From contig OX597817.1 in NCBI GenBank assembly GCA_951406725.2, forward strand, positions 59,024,001 to 59,088,000: a stretch of 64,000 nt of DNA, written 5' to 3'. The notes under the pieces were generated by a model. The model was given only the letters and a program-made list of their open reading frames with translations. It ran no database searches and was not told the origin of the DNA. The DNA is from Octopus vulgaris (lineage: Eukaryota). Of the stretch, positions 36,880 to 50,373 are shown in pieces (the first letter of the stretch is position 1; each line of letters begins with the position of its first letter). Made by a program: the position numbers and the translations under genes.

Positions 36880-37150
36880 CAGACTCGAATGGCCGAAGGC
36901 GCCATTGATGTTCCTCCGAACAGGTCGAGCGATCGCACAAACGCCCCGCCCTACCCCCACCTTATTGGTGCAAAGCCCCCACCCCCACCCTCCCGGTTAG
37001 AAATATCAGGTGAAGTTTGCAGGAAAATCGTTATATTCCTAAGACGATTGCTTCAGTCAGCCGCTCGCCCCCCAGCCCCGAATGACTCAACGATTAAATG
37101 TTTATTTCCAAGGATAACCAGCATAACACTGGCAGCGCTTCTACCTATTT
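36880..37150 (+). promoter_or_regulatory. Candidate Pol II promoter or CpG-rich regulatory island
   Basis: GCCCCGCCC (36943), ATTGG (36964), tandem CCCCACCC (~36977-36991), Inr-like TCAGT (37053) and AP-1 TGACTCA (37083) in unique sequence. Confidence 0.4.
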
Positions 37151-38030
37151 CGTTCATTCCATTTACCTGTTTCTGCCAGAATCTCATTTCTCACTCTTCC
37201 ATCAACACTCCTCGTATTCCTCGCTTCAGTTTTCTGTTTATTGCTTTACAAGTTAATTCATGACTGACGAATCTTATTCAAATTAAGCTTCGTCTGTTTC
37301 TTTTTTTTTTTTATTTCTCGAAGCATTTCAAACTTTTTTTTTATTCCTATCTTTCATTCATATTGTGTTTTACATTCCTTCGACGTACTTGATTCCGTCT
37401 TTCAGCAGATTCCAAATATTTCCAGATGTTCAGACCTTATCTTATTATAAAATGATACTAATCTTATTAAGAACAAATTAATTTGCGTTGCAACATAAAT
37501 TAATCCTTCAATAACAACATCCGTCTTTCTTTACATTTTCACATTCATACATTTCTATCAGATGGAAATGTAAATACTAGATTTCTCTTTAAACCTCCAC
37601 TTATCATTGGGTTATTCTTCATGACTACAATATGACGTAAACTACAGAAGCAAGTGTGAGTGGTGGGAGCACTGTTTGATGCCAGTGTATCTTACTTCTG
37701 TCGTTCTGTAGATTATATTTATCTTTTAATTCATTTTCTTTATTTCTTCTTATTCTTTCCAAGATGGTGGATTCGACACCGAAACAAGCGAATCAGATTG
37801 GATATCTTCAGGTCATGCTGTGTTGTTTTCGCATTGTTCTTATTTCAACCCTTTTACCTAGGTTTTACATTATACTTAGGGATCGTCACAATGAATCAAT
37901 AAAATTCTGCTGGGACTATGTTTGAGGAAAGACGAACAATGTGATCCGAAAATTAGAAAAATTCAACTCGATAAACATTTAGAGAGATGTGTTGGAACTC
38001 AGAAACCAAATTAAACTTTTCTTATTATAT

Positions 38031-38450
38031 AGGCGCAGGAGTGGCTGTTTGGTAAGTAGCTTGCTAACCAACCACATGGTTCCGGGTTCAGTCCCACTGC
38101 GTGGCATCTTGGGCAAGTGTCTTCTGCTATAGCCCCGGGCCGACCAATGCCTTGTGAGTGGATTTGGTAGACGGAAACTGAAAGAAGCCTGTCGTATATA
38201 TGTATATATATATAAGTGTGTGTGAATATGTTTGTGTGTCTGTGTTTGTTCCCCTAGCATTGCTTGACAACTGATGCTGGTGTGTTTACGTCCCCGTCAC
38301 TTAGCGGTTCGGCAAAAGAGACCGATAGAATAAGTACTGGGCTTACAAAGAATAAGTCCTGGGGTCGAGTTGCTCGACTAAAGGCGGTGCTCCAGCATGG
38401 CCGCAGTCAAATGACTGAAACAAGTAAAAAGAGTAAAAAGAGTAAAGAGA
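38031..38450 (+). mobile_element. Full-length, well-preserved tRNA-derived SINE family A (reference copy)
   Basis: A-box-like GTGGCTGTTTGGT, B-box-like GGTTCAGTCCC, short internal TA/TG tract and (AAAGAGT) tail repeats. Confidence 0.9.
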
Positions 38451-39167
38451 ATATCAATGTCCAAAAAATATGATAGAACAGCAAAGAATCAACGAAAAAA
38501 TCTTTTTTATTGTAAAATATAAAATAAATTTTAATCATGAACTAAGTATTGACATCAAATTTTGGCACAAGGCCAGACTTTTGACGCCTATTTTTATTCA
38601 TTTATCAATATTTATTAAAAAAATATTTTTCCATATATATATGTGAATGGTTGAAATACAAAATTGACACCCTCGCGTAATTTGGGTCTACAAAAGTATA
38701 TATTACTTCCTTTGTTACTTAGTGAGTCTAAAAAATTAGGCTACTTTCAGTAGACATACGATATATTAAATGAGCGCGAGTAGCTAGTCATTCATTACAC
38801 ACCTACATTGCAATGAATATCTCCTATATGAAATGAAACCGGTTTGTAATTCTGTATATTTGTAATAATGTGCTTTCGTGTGTTTAATAATGCATTTTGA
38901 AATGATTTGAATGCGAAAATATACTTTGGAATGCGTAATCAGGAAACGATTCGATTGTAGTGAAATATTTTGGATATTATATGATACTTTGGAAATGTAT
39001 CATTACAAATACACCAGTTTTGGAAACGGATTGTAGAGTGTCTGTGGTGGAGCTAGAGACATGCTTCTCTTTTCAAACACGCTGTTTGCAATTTGATTGT
39101 TGTCTCCGAGTCAAGACATTTATGTCTACTCAAGGAGCGAAACTGACTCAAAATAAGGAGATTTTGT

Positions 39168-39480
39168 CAGCAGACATAGCTGTATGGTTAGGAAGCTCTA
39201 TTTGCAACCACATGGTTTAGAGTTCGGTCCCACTGCGCGACACCTTCGGCAAGTGTCTTCTACTATAGCCCCGGGTCGACTAATACTTTGTGAGTGAATT
39301 TAGTTGAGAGAAACGTGGCTTGTTTACGTTCCCATAACTTAGTGGTTCGGCAAAAAAACCGATAGAATAAATACCAGACTTTAAAAAATCAGTTTGGGGA
39401 ATAAGTACCAATGCTCACCTGGAACTTATTTTATCGAACCCGAAAGGATAGAAGGTGAAGTTGAACTCAGAACGTAAAGC
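39168..39480 (+). mobile_element. Diverged SINE A copy lacking the internal microsatellite, followed by a SINE B fragment on the opposite strand
   Basis: CAACCACATGGTTTAGAGTTCGGTCCCACTGCG..ACTTAGTGGTTCGGCAAAA, then CCCGAAAGGATAGAAGG. Confidence 0.65.
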
Positions 39481-40070
39481 TACAAGAACTGGCATGACTG
39501 AATTTTTTCATTTTTTATGTAAATTTAATTAATTCTAATTAAATTTTCCTCGCTTATTACATTAAGCGTATTATCACACAGCGCCCGTTATTTTATTGGA
39601 TATCGATACATCAATACAGATCAATGCCAAATGATAGTTTTCTATTAATTATATCGACTCGTTCACATGTGACCCCTAGAAACTATTTGTCCCCGAAAAA
39701 ATCTAGGTCAAACCTCGAATGTCACATATCATGGAATGAATACCATCAATGTGACAGAATTCATCAGAATCCAGTTCCAAGTAGACAGGAAACACGATTT
39801 TTCATTCCTTCCTAAAGCTCTTCCTTCCACTTTAAACTTTATAATTGCAAACATATTTTATTCTTATTTGTATTGCATCTGTTGACAGGATATCCTCCTC
39901 CTTTAGAGTTTCATTGAACAGCTCTTGTTTGGGGTCACAAAGCCATACAAACCATTTTGCTCGTTTGCATCGTTTGTATCGATAATTCTAGCTGAAATAT
40001 CTCCTTCTGACAGTCCTCCCACTAACAACATATACACAAGTGTTCACTGTTGTTGTTGGTATTGTTTAGG

Positions 40071-40171
40071 TACCAGCTACGCACTGGGGTCGATATAATC
40101 GACTTAATCCGTTTGTCTGTCCTTGTTTGTCCTCTCTGTGTTTATTCCCTTGTGGGTAGTAAAGAAATTGA
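40071..40171 (+). mobile_element. 5'-truncated SINE family B
   Basis: Tail only; TSD TATTGTTTAGG (40060, 40172). Confidence 0.85.
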
Positions 40172-40302
40172 TATTGTTTAGGCCGAGTTGGTCGATCAGG
40201 TTTATAACCAAAAGCATTTCAGCCGTCACCATCTCGTCCCTTCGTTTTTATCTTTCTCTAAGTATGTGTAGGACTATCTTTTAAGACGATGTAATGCGAC
40301 TA

Positions 40303-40585
40303 AAATGAAGACGCGTAGCCTAATGGTTAAGGTGTTACACTCACGATCGTAAGAGTGTAGTTTCGATTCCCTGACCGGGCGATTTGTTGTGCTCTTCAGC
40401 AAAACATTTCCTTTTATTTTCTCCAGTTCATTCAGCTTCAAATGAATTCCAACAATAGCAGGGAAGTTAACACTGCGATGGACTGGCGTCCCGTTCAGGC
40501 CACGGTAGTGTTGTCATTTATATGCCATGGAAACCGGGTGAAACTGCAGCCCTATGTGTCTTAAGATTCCTGACAGAACTAAAAC
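40303..40585 (+). mobile_element. tRNA-derived SINE with V-SINE-like central motif
   Basis: TAGCCTAATGGTTAAGG and TTCGATTCCC boxes, CTGCGATGGACTGGCGTCCCGT motif, TSD TAATGCGACTA (40292, 40586). Confidence 0.75.
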
Positions 40586-41316
40586 TAATGCGACTACTAT
40601 GTCTAGCAAGTCGATAGGGTCACAGAGGAGACCACGTGACAGTTGGTTGGGGATTCATTACAGAATCAGTAGTTCCCTTGAACAACAAAAAGGGCGAAAT
40701 ATAATTTCGTTTATAACAATGAAGCGTGTATTTGTGTGTGTACCATCAGCAGCTTGTCTAATTTGCCCTGAATCAACTTTCCCATTCAATCATAGAATGA
40801 AGCAGACTGCTTTTAAAGCGAGCCATACTTATTGTTGATATTATACACCTAACTACCTATAACTAGTAGATTAGACAAAATGGTACAATTTATTTAATTT
40901 TCATTTTTGTCAGTTGATTATTTATCGGTCTCTTAAACCGAATGCCTATAAATTTTTCGTAGTTAACAATATGAAGGAGCTCGGAAATTCAGATACGTTT
41001 GTCTGCTGTAAAGAGAAGAAAATGCTGACGTTTCGGACCAATTTCTTTTCTCATATGAATAGTTTAACCTGAAATGTTAGCATTCTCTTTGACATCCGCC
41101 ATACATATTTATATAGATTTACAAAATTCACTAAAAATTCGTAAGTAGAAGCGCAAAGCAGCCACTGAAAGCAAACTTACAACCAGTTCGAATATATTTA
41201 AGAGACATCCGGACCTGTAAAGGCTTTTCGTTGCAGTTTTTCATGGATGATAAATTCTCGTTTGAGTATTTATAAACACTGTAGTTAGCACATAGCGCCA
41301 TCTTTTGGACTGATGG

Positions 41317-41551
41317 AAGGCGGCGAGCTGGCAGCAACGTTAGCGTGCCGGGCGAAATGCTTAGCGGTATTTCGTCTGCCGCTACGTTCCGAGTTCAAAT
41401 TCCGCCCAGGTCAATTTTGCCTTTCATCCTTTCGGGGTCGATAAATTAAGTACCAGTTACGCACTGGGATCGATATAATCGACTTAATCCGTCTGTCTAT
41501 CCTTGTTTGTCTCCTCTATGTTTAGCCCCTTGTGGGCAATAAATAAATAGG
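41317..41551 (+). mobile_element. SINE family B monomer
   Basis: Complete head-core-tail match. Confidence 0.88.
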
Positions 41552-41674
41552 AATACTTTGCCAACCCAGAAAACCGGACGTTTACACAGGCTTTGCTTTC
41601 ATTAAATTTGTTGTAAACAATGATACCGGTGTGCTGTCGGACTGGGTATAATAACTGACGCTATATCGGGGTAT

Positions 41675-42057
41675 GGAAGCACTCCGTCGGTTACGACGAT
41701 GAGGGTTCCGGTTGATCCGAATCAACGGAACAGCCTGCTCGTGAAATTAACGTGTAAGTGGCTGAGCACTCCACAGACACGTGCACCCTTAACGTAGTTC
41801 TCGGGGATATTCAGCGTGACACAGAGAGTGACAAGGCCGTCCCCTTGAAATACAGGTACAACAGAAACAGGAAGAAAGAGTGAGAGAAAGTTGTGGTGAA
41901 AGAGTACAGCAGGGATCACCACCATCCCCTGCCGGAGCCTCGTGGAGCTTTTAGGTGTCTTCGCTCAATAAACACTCACAACGCCCGGTCTGGGAATCGA
42001 AACCGCGATCCTATGACCGCGAGTCCGCTGCCCTAACCACTGGGCCATTGCGCCTCC
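41675..42057 (-). mobile_element. Full-length tRNA-derived SINE family C (resembles octopus OR-type SINEs)
   Basis: Minus head GGAGGCGCAATGGCCCAGTGGTTAGGGCAG..GGTTTCGATTCCC; perfect 10-bp TSD ATCGGGGTAT (41665, 42058). Confidence 0.85.
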
Positions 42058-42489
42058 ATCGGGGTATACAGCATCGCCTGTGAACAGGGTTCGCGTTCCA
42101 GCGGGTTTGTGTTCCATTCGAGGCAGGATGAAATGGAAGAAACGTTTCAAAAATAAATGAAGCTCGTATGTTATTTGCAAATTTGTTTATTTGTTTGTTT
42201 GTTTGTTTATTTGCGTATATCGAATCTCGAAATGAACTTGAATTTGAGAAGTGATGTTATGGCGTATACCCGCGTATATTGAGTACTTAATTAATGACAT
42301 GGGTGTGTACTCGAGATGTCAGTCAACAGCGTTTCGTAATAAAATTTTAACTGCAGTAATAAATACTTAACTGCACACACACACACACACGCACACAGGC
42401 ACAAACATACACATACATGTACACATATTGCTGCGCATATATGCATACATTCACATATACATACACACATGCATACATGCATGCATACA

Positions 42490-42523
<34 letters not shown>

Positions 42524-42598
42524 CGTACGTATGTACATATATATTCATACATACATTTCATAGAGATATACACACACACACGTGTGTGTGTGTGTATT

Positions 42599-42703
<105 letters not shown>

Positions 42704-42817
42704 GTATATATACATACATACATACATACATACTTGCATACATACATACATACATACATACATACATACATACATACGTACGTACTTACATACATACATA
42801 CATACATACGTATGTAC

Positions 42818-42848
<31 letters not shown>

Positions 42849-42924
42849 CATACATACTTGCATACATACATACATACATACATACATACATACATACATA
42901 CATACATACATACATACATACATA

Positions 42925-43160
42925 CGAGCGTAAGGTCATGAGTTCAATTACCGGCGACGCGTTGTGTCCTTGAGCAAGACACTTTATTTCATGTTGCTTA
43001 AGTCCATTCAGCTGGCAAAAATGAGTGGTACCTGTATTTCAAAGGGCCAACTGTGTCACACTCTGTGTTACGCTGAATCTCCCTGAGAACTACGTTAACG
43101 GTAAGCTGTTCCGTTGATCGTATCAGCTGGGACCGTCCTCGTCGTAACCGACGGAGTGTT
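42925..43160 (+). mobile_element. SINE sharing the 3' tail of family C but with a different, CORE-like middle
   Basis: GTGTCCTTGAGCAAGACACTTTA middle; tail GAGAACTACGTTAA..CTCGTCGTAACCGACGGAGTG shared with the 41675 copy. Confidence 0.7.
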
Positions 43161-43271
43161 TATATATATATATATATATATATAAACACTCCGTCGGTTA
43201 CGACGAGGACGGTCCCAGTTGATATATATATATATACACATATATACACACACATATATATATTCATATGT

Positions 43272-43325
<54 letters not shown>

Positions 43326-43435
43326 TAAGTATGTATATATATATGTGCGTGTGTGTGTGTTTGTGTGCGTGCGTGTATCAAGCCTAAATGTGTTTATCTG
43401 CATTACTCTCTCTCTCTCTCTCATTTATACATACA

Positions 43436-43534
<99 letters not shown>

Positions 43535-43665
43535 GCACTCACAAGGCATTGGTCGGGCCGAAGCTATAGGACACGAGAACTGCACAAAGTTGCCGCGCCA
43601 CAGGAATGAACGTGAAACCGCGTGATTGCAAAACGAGCTTACTCAACCACATTGCCGTACCTACG
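43535..43665 (-). mobile_element. SINE family A-related head
   Basis: CACTCACAAGGCATTGGTCGG..GCTATAG match. Confidence 0.6.
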
Positions 43666-44643
43666 TCACTATTATCCATGCCTGCGTCTATACAAAAGAA
43701 CCTCCCTCATTTGTTATGGTTTCACATGAAGCTAATCAATGCCAAATGCACTTTATCCGGAAAAACCAACCATTCTTTTCGAAGCTTACTCATCACGTTA
43801 ACAATGTTGGCCTAGCGTTGTTTTAAGGTTTGGTCTTATAGAAATGCCAACGTAACTAAAACCCGAAGCAATAATTAATTATTTCCTATTTAACTTATTT
43901 CTCTGTTACTCCTTCTCAAAGCGACAATATATTTCCTATTGTTGTCTCGTGATAAATAGCAAATAAGGCCTCGCCATTAGATATAATTTGTCTCCATTTT
44001 GTAGCCGTCGTTTTCTCATGCAACAAAGAGATCAGGGAAGATGAACCGAACCATGTAGAACGCATTCATTTGCTTCCAAAGGTCACAAAAAAACCATTTA
44101 TATTCTAAAGTTGTTGTTTCTTTTGTTTAATTCCTTTTTTATTTTTGTCTTCCGGAATCGCTGATAAATGTTTTTCAATCAAACAACAACTTATAACAGA
44201 TCAGAGTCACCTCCAAATGCATCTACTTCTACTTAAATATACATAAAGAACATACATACACACATACATACATACATACATACATACATACATACATAAA
44301 TACATACATACACACACACACACATACATACATACATACATTCATACATATATACATACATACATGCATACATACATATACACATAGACACATATGCACA
44401 TACATACATACACACATACACACATACGTATATACATACATAAATACATTAGTACGTACGTACTTACACACGTACATATATACAGTCGTAAAAGCAGCCA
44501 GCCATACATACATACATACATACATAAATACATACATGCATGCATACTTACATATACACGCATACATAACATACATACATACATAACATACATACATACA
44601 TACATACATACATACATACATACATACATACATACATACATAC

Positions 44644-45040
44644 AAAAAGCATGTTCTGTCATAGAGATCAGCTCTCCGGCTGATGGGAATATTTCTTTGA
44701 AAATCAAAGAGAAAGAAAATAACCATGGACAACTGCTTCGAAACCTCCAGCTTCTACATCCGGATTGCAGATTAACATTTATACCAATAATAATTGGAGC
44801 ATTTGGTCCTGTCAGTAAATGCCTGTCAGTCTGGATAAGCTTGGATTTTCAGAAAAAAATCAACCAACTGATTCGCACGTTTCAAATACAATCCGTAAGC
44901 GGAACAGTAAAACTATGCAAGACTTTTCTCAGGTTTAAAATGGGACCATTTTCGTAATCTATATTCCAAAGATGGAGCTTTGTATCTTTGTTAGAGACCA
45001 GCTTCTCCTTCAGAGGAAGAATTTAAACGATTGAATACAG
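44644..45040 (+). mobile_element. R4/Dong-like LINE 3' fragment (divergent subfamily) starting directly after (TACA)n
   Basis: CSVIEISSPADGNISLKIKEKENNHGQLLRNLQLLHPD..FIPIIIGAFG..GTVKLCKTF. Confidence 0.85.
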
Positions 45041-45685
45041 ATGGCCTTTTTTTTCTCTTTTCGTTTTCAGTTGTAGGTCACTAGAGCACTGTAAACAACA
45101 ATTTCCTTCATTATCTAGAAGAGACATACAAACATAGACACCTCCAAAGTAAATAGCCGCCATAGATTAATTTCTAGAAACGAAACAATGTCGTTCGGAA
45201 CCTTGAAATCCATTATCTAGGATTTAATAGACATGATTTGTGCAGATTTTAATGATTTAATCCGTTTGAGCCTCCAATTAACGAATAGTGTCCACATAGA
45301 TGAAACGGTGTGAGGCGGTGTTTGTATTGACTTCGGATCTATCTGTATATTCGCATACATAATAACTTTATACACACGCACGCACGCACGCACACACACG
45401 CATACTCAGAGAGACATCTGATAGCCTCAAATGCACATACACACACACGCACATACGTCAGATAACTTCACACATGCACACATGCCCATAGACGCGTACA
45501 CACACATGCACAAACACTCAGTATACACGCACATATTGCCTCACACACGCACACATTAGCTTCATATACGCGCAGACACACGCACACACATAAGTCACTG
45601 TTGTCTCCCTTGCCATTCAGGCCTCAAGCAAACTTTTTCCTCTTCCGGTCATTTCAGCATGCCTTGACCGTTTAACTCGGACACA

Positions 45686-45754
<69 letters not shown>

Positions 45755-46074
45755 CCTCTCCCCCTCACTCTCTCCCTCTTTCCATCCTTTTTATTTTCTC
45801 ATCCAACCTTTCACGAGAAGAGCATAAGTCCGAAACGTCGAAGACGTCCATTTTTCCTGAGTGTCAAACCTATTCCTCCTGTTTATTGTTCTCATGTCTC
45901 ATCTTTGTGCTTTCATTACTTTTGGACTATATATGCTTACATTCTTCAATACAATCATACCTAAATAAATTTCGGACCAGAATTGACCCGGGCCATGATG
46001 ACTAACTTAATAGAATCACATGCAGAAGATATTTGACCGTGTTTCGTGTTACAGTCATTCTTTTGGCACCACAG

Positions 46075-46320
46075 TCCACGGGAGCAAAGCGTCATTGTCT
46101 GCAGAGGCATATCCGGCTGGTTTATCTATAAATGGTTTATCTAGAAATTGTTGCACGAATTTGTCCGCCGACGGTTTCAATGCCTTGGTGTCTTTCTCGG
46201 AGTCTACGTGACTTGGCACGATGTTAAAGAGAGCTGTGCCATTTGAGGTGGAATAATTTTGTCTTGGTGTGAGGAAGTGCCACGAGCTCGGTTTTTATTG
46301 AGAACGGATACCACAGGGAC
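46075..46320 (-). mobile_element. CR1-group LINE 3' remnant
   Basis: Minus peptide GTALFNIVPSHV..DKFVQQFLDKP..GYASADNDALLPW parallels 18060-18410. Confidence 0.6.
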
Positions 46321-46450
46321 CAAACACACGCACACACACATACATACACACACATCTGTGCGTGTATGTATACGTAAACAACACCGGTTATCTTGTGGTG
46401 GTGGTGGGGGAAGGTGATAAACATACACGTATACATACAAACATATATAC

Positions 46451-46489
<39 letters not shown>

Positions 46490-46514
46490 CATACCCACAC
46501 ACATGTCTTTTAGT

Positions 46515-46683
46515 CTGTTTCAGTCATTTTTTACTGTGGCCATACTGGAGCACCGCTTTTTAGTCGAAGAAATCTACCCTAGGACTTATTCTTTGTAAGT
46601 CTGGTACTTATTCTTTCGGTCTCTTTTGCCGAACTGCTAAGTTATGGTTGTTAAGTGATGGTGGGGGAACAAATACATACACA

Positions 46684-46755
<72 letters not shown>

Positions 46756-47060
46756 ACGGGCTTCTTCAGTTTCCGTCTACCAAATCCACTACCAAGGCTT
46801 TGGTCGGCCCGTGGCTATGGTAGAAAACACTTGCCCAAGATACCACCACACAGTGGGACTGGACCCAGAACCATATGGTAGAGAAGCAAGATCCTTACCA
46901 CACAGCCACACTTACATATGGAGGGCTTCCTCACCGTTTCCGTCTGACAATGCATTGGTCAGCGCGACACCACTTACGCAAGGTGCCGCGCAGTAGGACT
47001 GAACCTGAACCAACTTGGCATCAAAGCGAGTGCCTTAACCACACAGCCATGCCTGCTTCT
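46515..47060 (-). mobile_element. SINE family A full copy plus a second adjacent head
   Basis: TGTTTCAGTCATTT..(CA)(TA)..CTTCAGTTTCCGTCTACCAAATCCACT..TTACCACACAGCCAC; second head ~46920-47057. Confidence 0.8.
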
Positions 47061-47962
47061 ACGAATATAGCAAAGATATCTCGAGATGGTTTTCTCCTGA
47101 TATCAAATCTGGACCCACAATATTATCAAGCTCATTTCTCTTCGAATTAATTAGTAATTTAATCAATCTGAAAGAAGGAAAGAGATTAATACACAGCGTT
47201 AATTGATTACCAGTCTAATTGGTTGTTATTTTATATTAAAGATAGCCTCACATTACTCGCGATATTTTATCTAACAATTCTGATTAAATTGAAACGTTTT
47301 AACATATTTCCTTACCAAAATACATCTCTTGGCAATTCTGTAACTGGCAATAGAATCGTGTCTGCAAAGATCGTTCCTTTTCACGGCATTATCTTTCAAG
47401 ATAGAATGCGGCGGCGAAGGAATCAAAGATTGGCGCCACAAGAGATAGCATTGCCGGCGTTTGTTGTATTCTTATCATATTCATGGTCACGTGGTGCTGA
47501 GTAAAGAGTTCTTTTCTTTCTGGTATGTTTTTCTATGGTTCTGCATACCGGCATTCAACCTTACTTACAGGTACAGGTATGTATGTATGTATGTATGTAT
47601 GTATGTATGTATGTATGTATGTATGTATGTATGTATGTATGTAGGTATGTATGCATGTATGTATGCATGCATGTATGTATATATGTATTCATGTATGTCT
47701 GTATGTATGTATGTACGCATGTATGTATGTATGTATGTATGTACGCATGTATGTATGTATGCATGAGTGCATGCATATATTTGTATGTATTTGTGTATAT
47801 GTGTACATATACATTTATATATGTATGTATGCATGTATGTATATATATATATGCATATACGCATATTCATATAGATATATGAATGTGTGTGTATATATAT
47901 ATATATATATAATATACGTATATATCTATATAATTTATTATATATATATACATAATATATAC

Positions 47963-48028
<66 letters not shown>

Positions 48029-48064
48029 TATATGCACACATACACACACACACAGATATATCAA

Positions 48065-48135
48065 GGCTGCAATGAAGCCATACACACACTCAACTATGAG
48101 TCCACAGCATCTTAGAGCAGAAACAGCTGTCAGCC
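48065..48135 (+). ncRNA. Degenerate hammerhead motif with long stem II
   Basis: GGCT-(GCAATGA, mutated core)...GAAA-CAGCTG-TC-AGCC. Confidence 0.4.
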
Positions 48136-48190
48136 AATGAAATTCATTAGATAATTGTTTATTCCTTTGACATCTACCTCATTTTCTTTC

Positions 48191-48238
<48 letters not shown>

Positions 48239-48366
48239 ACTGATTTGTTCTGCTTTTTATATCTAACCCTACAGTCTCTTATGTGGTGGTTTAATAAAGT
48301 ATGTGATTGAGTATTATCTGGTAATTGATATTTGATTTAGATGTATTTCTCCATTTTCTTATCTTG

Positions 48367-48398
<32 letters not shown>

Positions 48399-48669
48399 TG
48401 GTAAGACAACAAAAGAATGAAAGAGACCTCGATACTATGTCTACCGAATAATTGTCACATATTATATTTACAGATATATATATATATAAATTTCTATGTG
48501 TATAGGCGTATACATACATAGTCGAAGCTCGTAAGATATTGTCCTTTATAAAATAAGAAAAGTATTGAGTTCTTTCTTGAATAATGAATTTTCTAATTAT
48601 ACATACTCATATACATAAACGCACCTGAACAAACACACACGCTAACACATACACACACACGCACACACA

Positions 48670-48713
<44 letters not shown>

Positions 48714-48800
48714 ATTCTGCTAGGTGTGTAAACCGCGTTTATTTTCTTCTCTCCTCCAACCACATTTTCTCATCCTTTATTTAATTTTCTTCTTCATTGT

Positions 48801-48838
48801 TACTTATGATGAAGGACCTGAGTCCGAAACGTCAAAAC
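48801..48838 (+). ncRNA. Degenerate minimal hammerhead motif
   Basis: ATGATGA-a-GGAC-ctga-GTCC-GAAACGTC; C3 lost and stem I poor. Confidence 0.45.
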
Positions 48839-49305
48839 TCTTCACCCTTCTTTTTTAAGTGTTAAACTAATACAGATATTGTTAAAATCTCCCCTTTATT
48901 TTCATTCCTTTCCTAAAATATTTACATATATAGATGTGTTTGTGTGTGTGTGTGTGTGTGTACAAATACTCATATTATAAATATATATTCCTCTTTTTTC
49001 AACGGAATGGTGTAATTTGATAGAGATTTAACGACTATTTCTGGCTATTTCTAGCAGTTCGAACGACGGTGACAAGGTTTCCTCATTGCTTCAGGTAAGT
49101 GGAGGTTGGGCTTTCACTTAGATATCTGTTGTATGTGTGATTGTGTGTGCGTGCCAAGAATGGCGGGAGTGTGTGCACTTTGCAGAAGAGCTAGCAGGGT
49201 TACCTTCTCTTGAAAGAAGCAACCCGACCATTCAGATGTTTTATGAGCCATGTGGAAAATGTGGGATAGCTGTGATGATGAATGGCAATTTAATGGTATG
49301 ATGAA

Positions 49306-49423
49306 GGTGGTGGTGGTGGTGGTGGTGGTGGTGTTTGTGGTGGTGGTGGTGGTGGTGGTGGTGGTGGTGGTGGTGGTGGTGGTGGTGGTGGTGGTGGTGG
49401 TGCTGCTGCTGGTGTTGCTGTTG

Positions 49424-49460
<37 letters not shown>

Positions 49461-49653
49461 GCTGGTGTTTGTAGCGACGGTTTCAGTGCTGGGTGGTGCT
49501 GATGATGCTGGTGATAAAGAAGAAGAAGAAGAAGAAGAAGAAGAAGAAGAAGAAGAAGAAGAAGAAGAAGAAGAAGAAGAAGAAGAAGAAGAAGAAGAAG
49601 AAGAAGAAGAAGAAGAAGAAGAAGAAGAAGAAGAAGAAGAAGAAGAAGAAGAA
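49306..49653. repeat. Compound trinucleotide array (GGT)n-(GCT)n-(GAA)n
   Basis: Seen directly. Confidence 0.95.
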
Positions 49654-50139
49654 GGCTATAGCTAAAATATATAAGCATTAGCCTGAAGTGAAAGAAAATG
49701 AAAATCTGAGAGGGAGAGAGAGAGAAAGACAGAGAGAAAGGGAGAGAGAAAGGGAGAGAGAAAGAGAGAGAGGGGAGAGAGTAACGGGGTAAAAGAAGAC
49801 AAAGCAAAAGAGTGGGAGAGAGGGGGAGATAGAAAGAAGCAAAGAAAGTGAGAGAGAGAGGGGGACCGAGAGAGAGGGAGAGATAGAAAGGGTGCGAGAG
49901 GACATGTTAGGAACTTAAAACAACATATTTCTCAACATCCGGGCGTCTAATTTGTTGGGTAAGTGATTGTTTAAAAATGTGCTTTCGTTGGAAATCTGTG
50001 CGAGATTTTTACTGATTCCCAAACCAATAGAACTGATAACAGAAGTACAACCAGATGGCGCTGCAACAGAGAGTGGGTAGGGTGGGGAATATATATTGCC
50101 ATTCCATTAGACAGGGGCTGCATGAAGGATGGATGGATG

Positions 50140-50189
<50 letters not shown>

Positions 50190-50227
50190 GTGTATGTTTG
50201 TGTACGTGTGTGTACGTGTAAGCGCTC

Positions 50228-50258
<31 letters not shown>

Positions 50259-50303
50259 CATACATAGAGAGAGAGAAAGAGAAATGATGTATTCACACAC
50301 ACA

Positions 50304-50372
<69 letters not shown>

Positions 50373-50373
<1 letters not shown>

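Noticed and set aside
41985-42057. tRNA-like sequences (also at 26150, 38031 and 40308)
   Set aside because: They continue into SINE bodies, some with TSDs, and lack a complete cloverleaf; these are SINE heads, not tRNA genes
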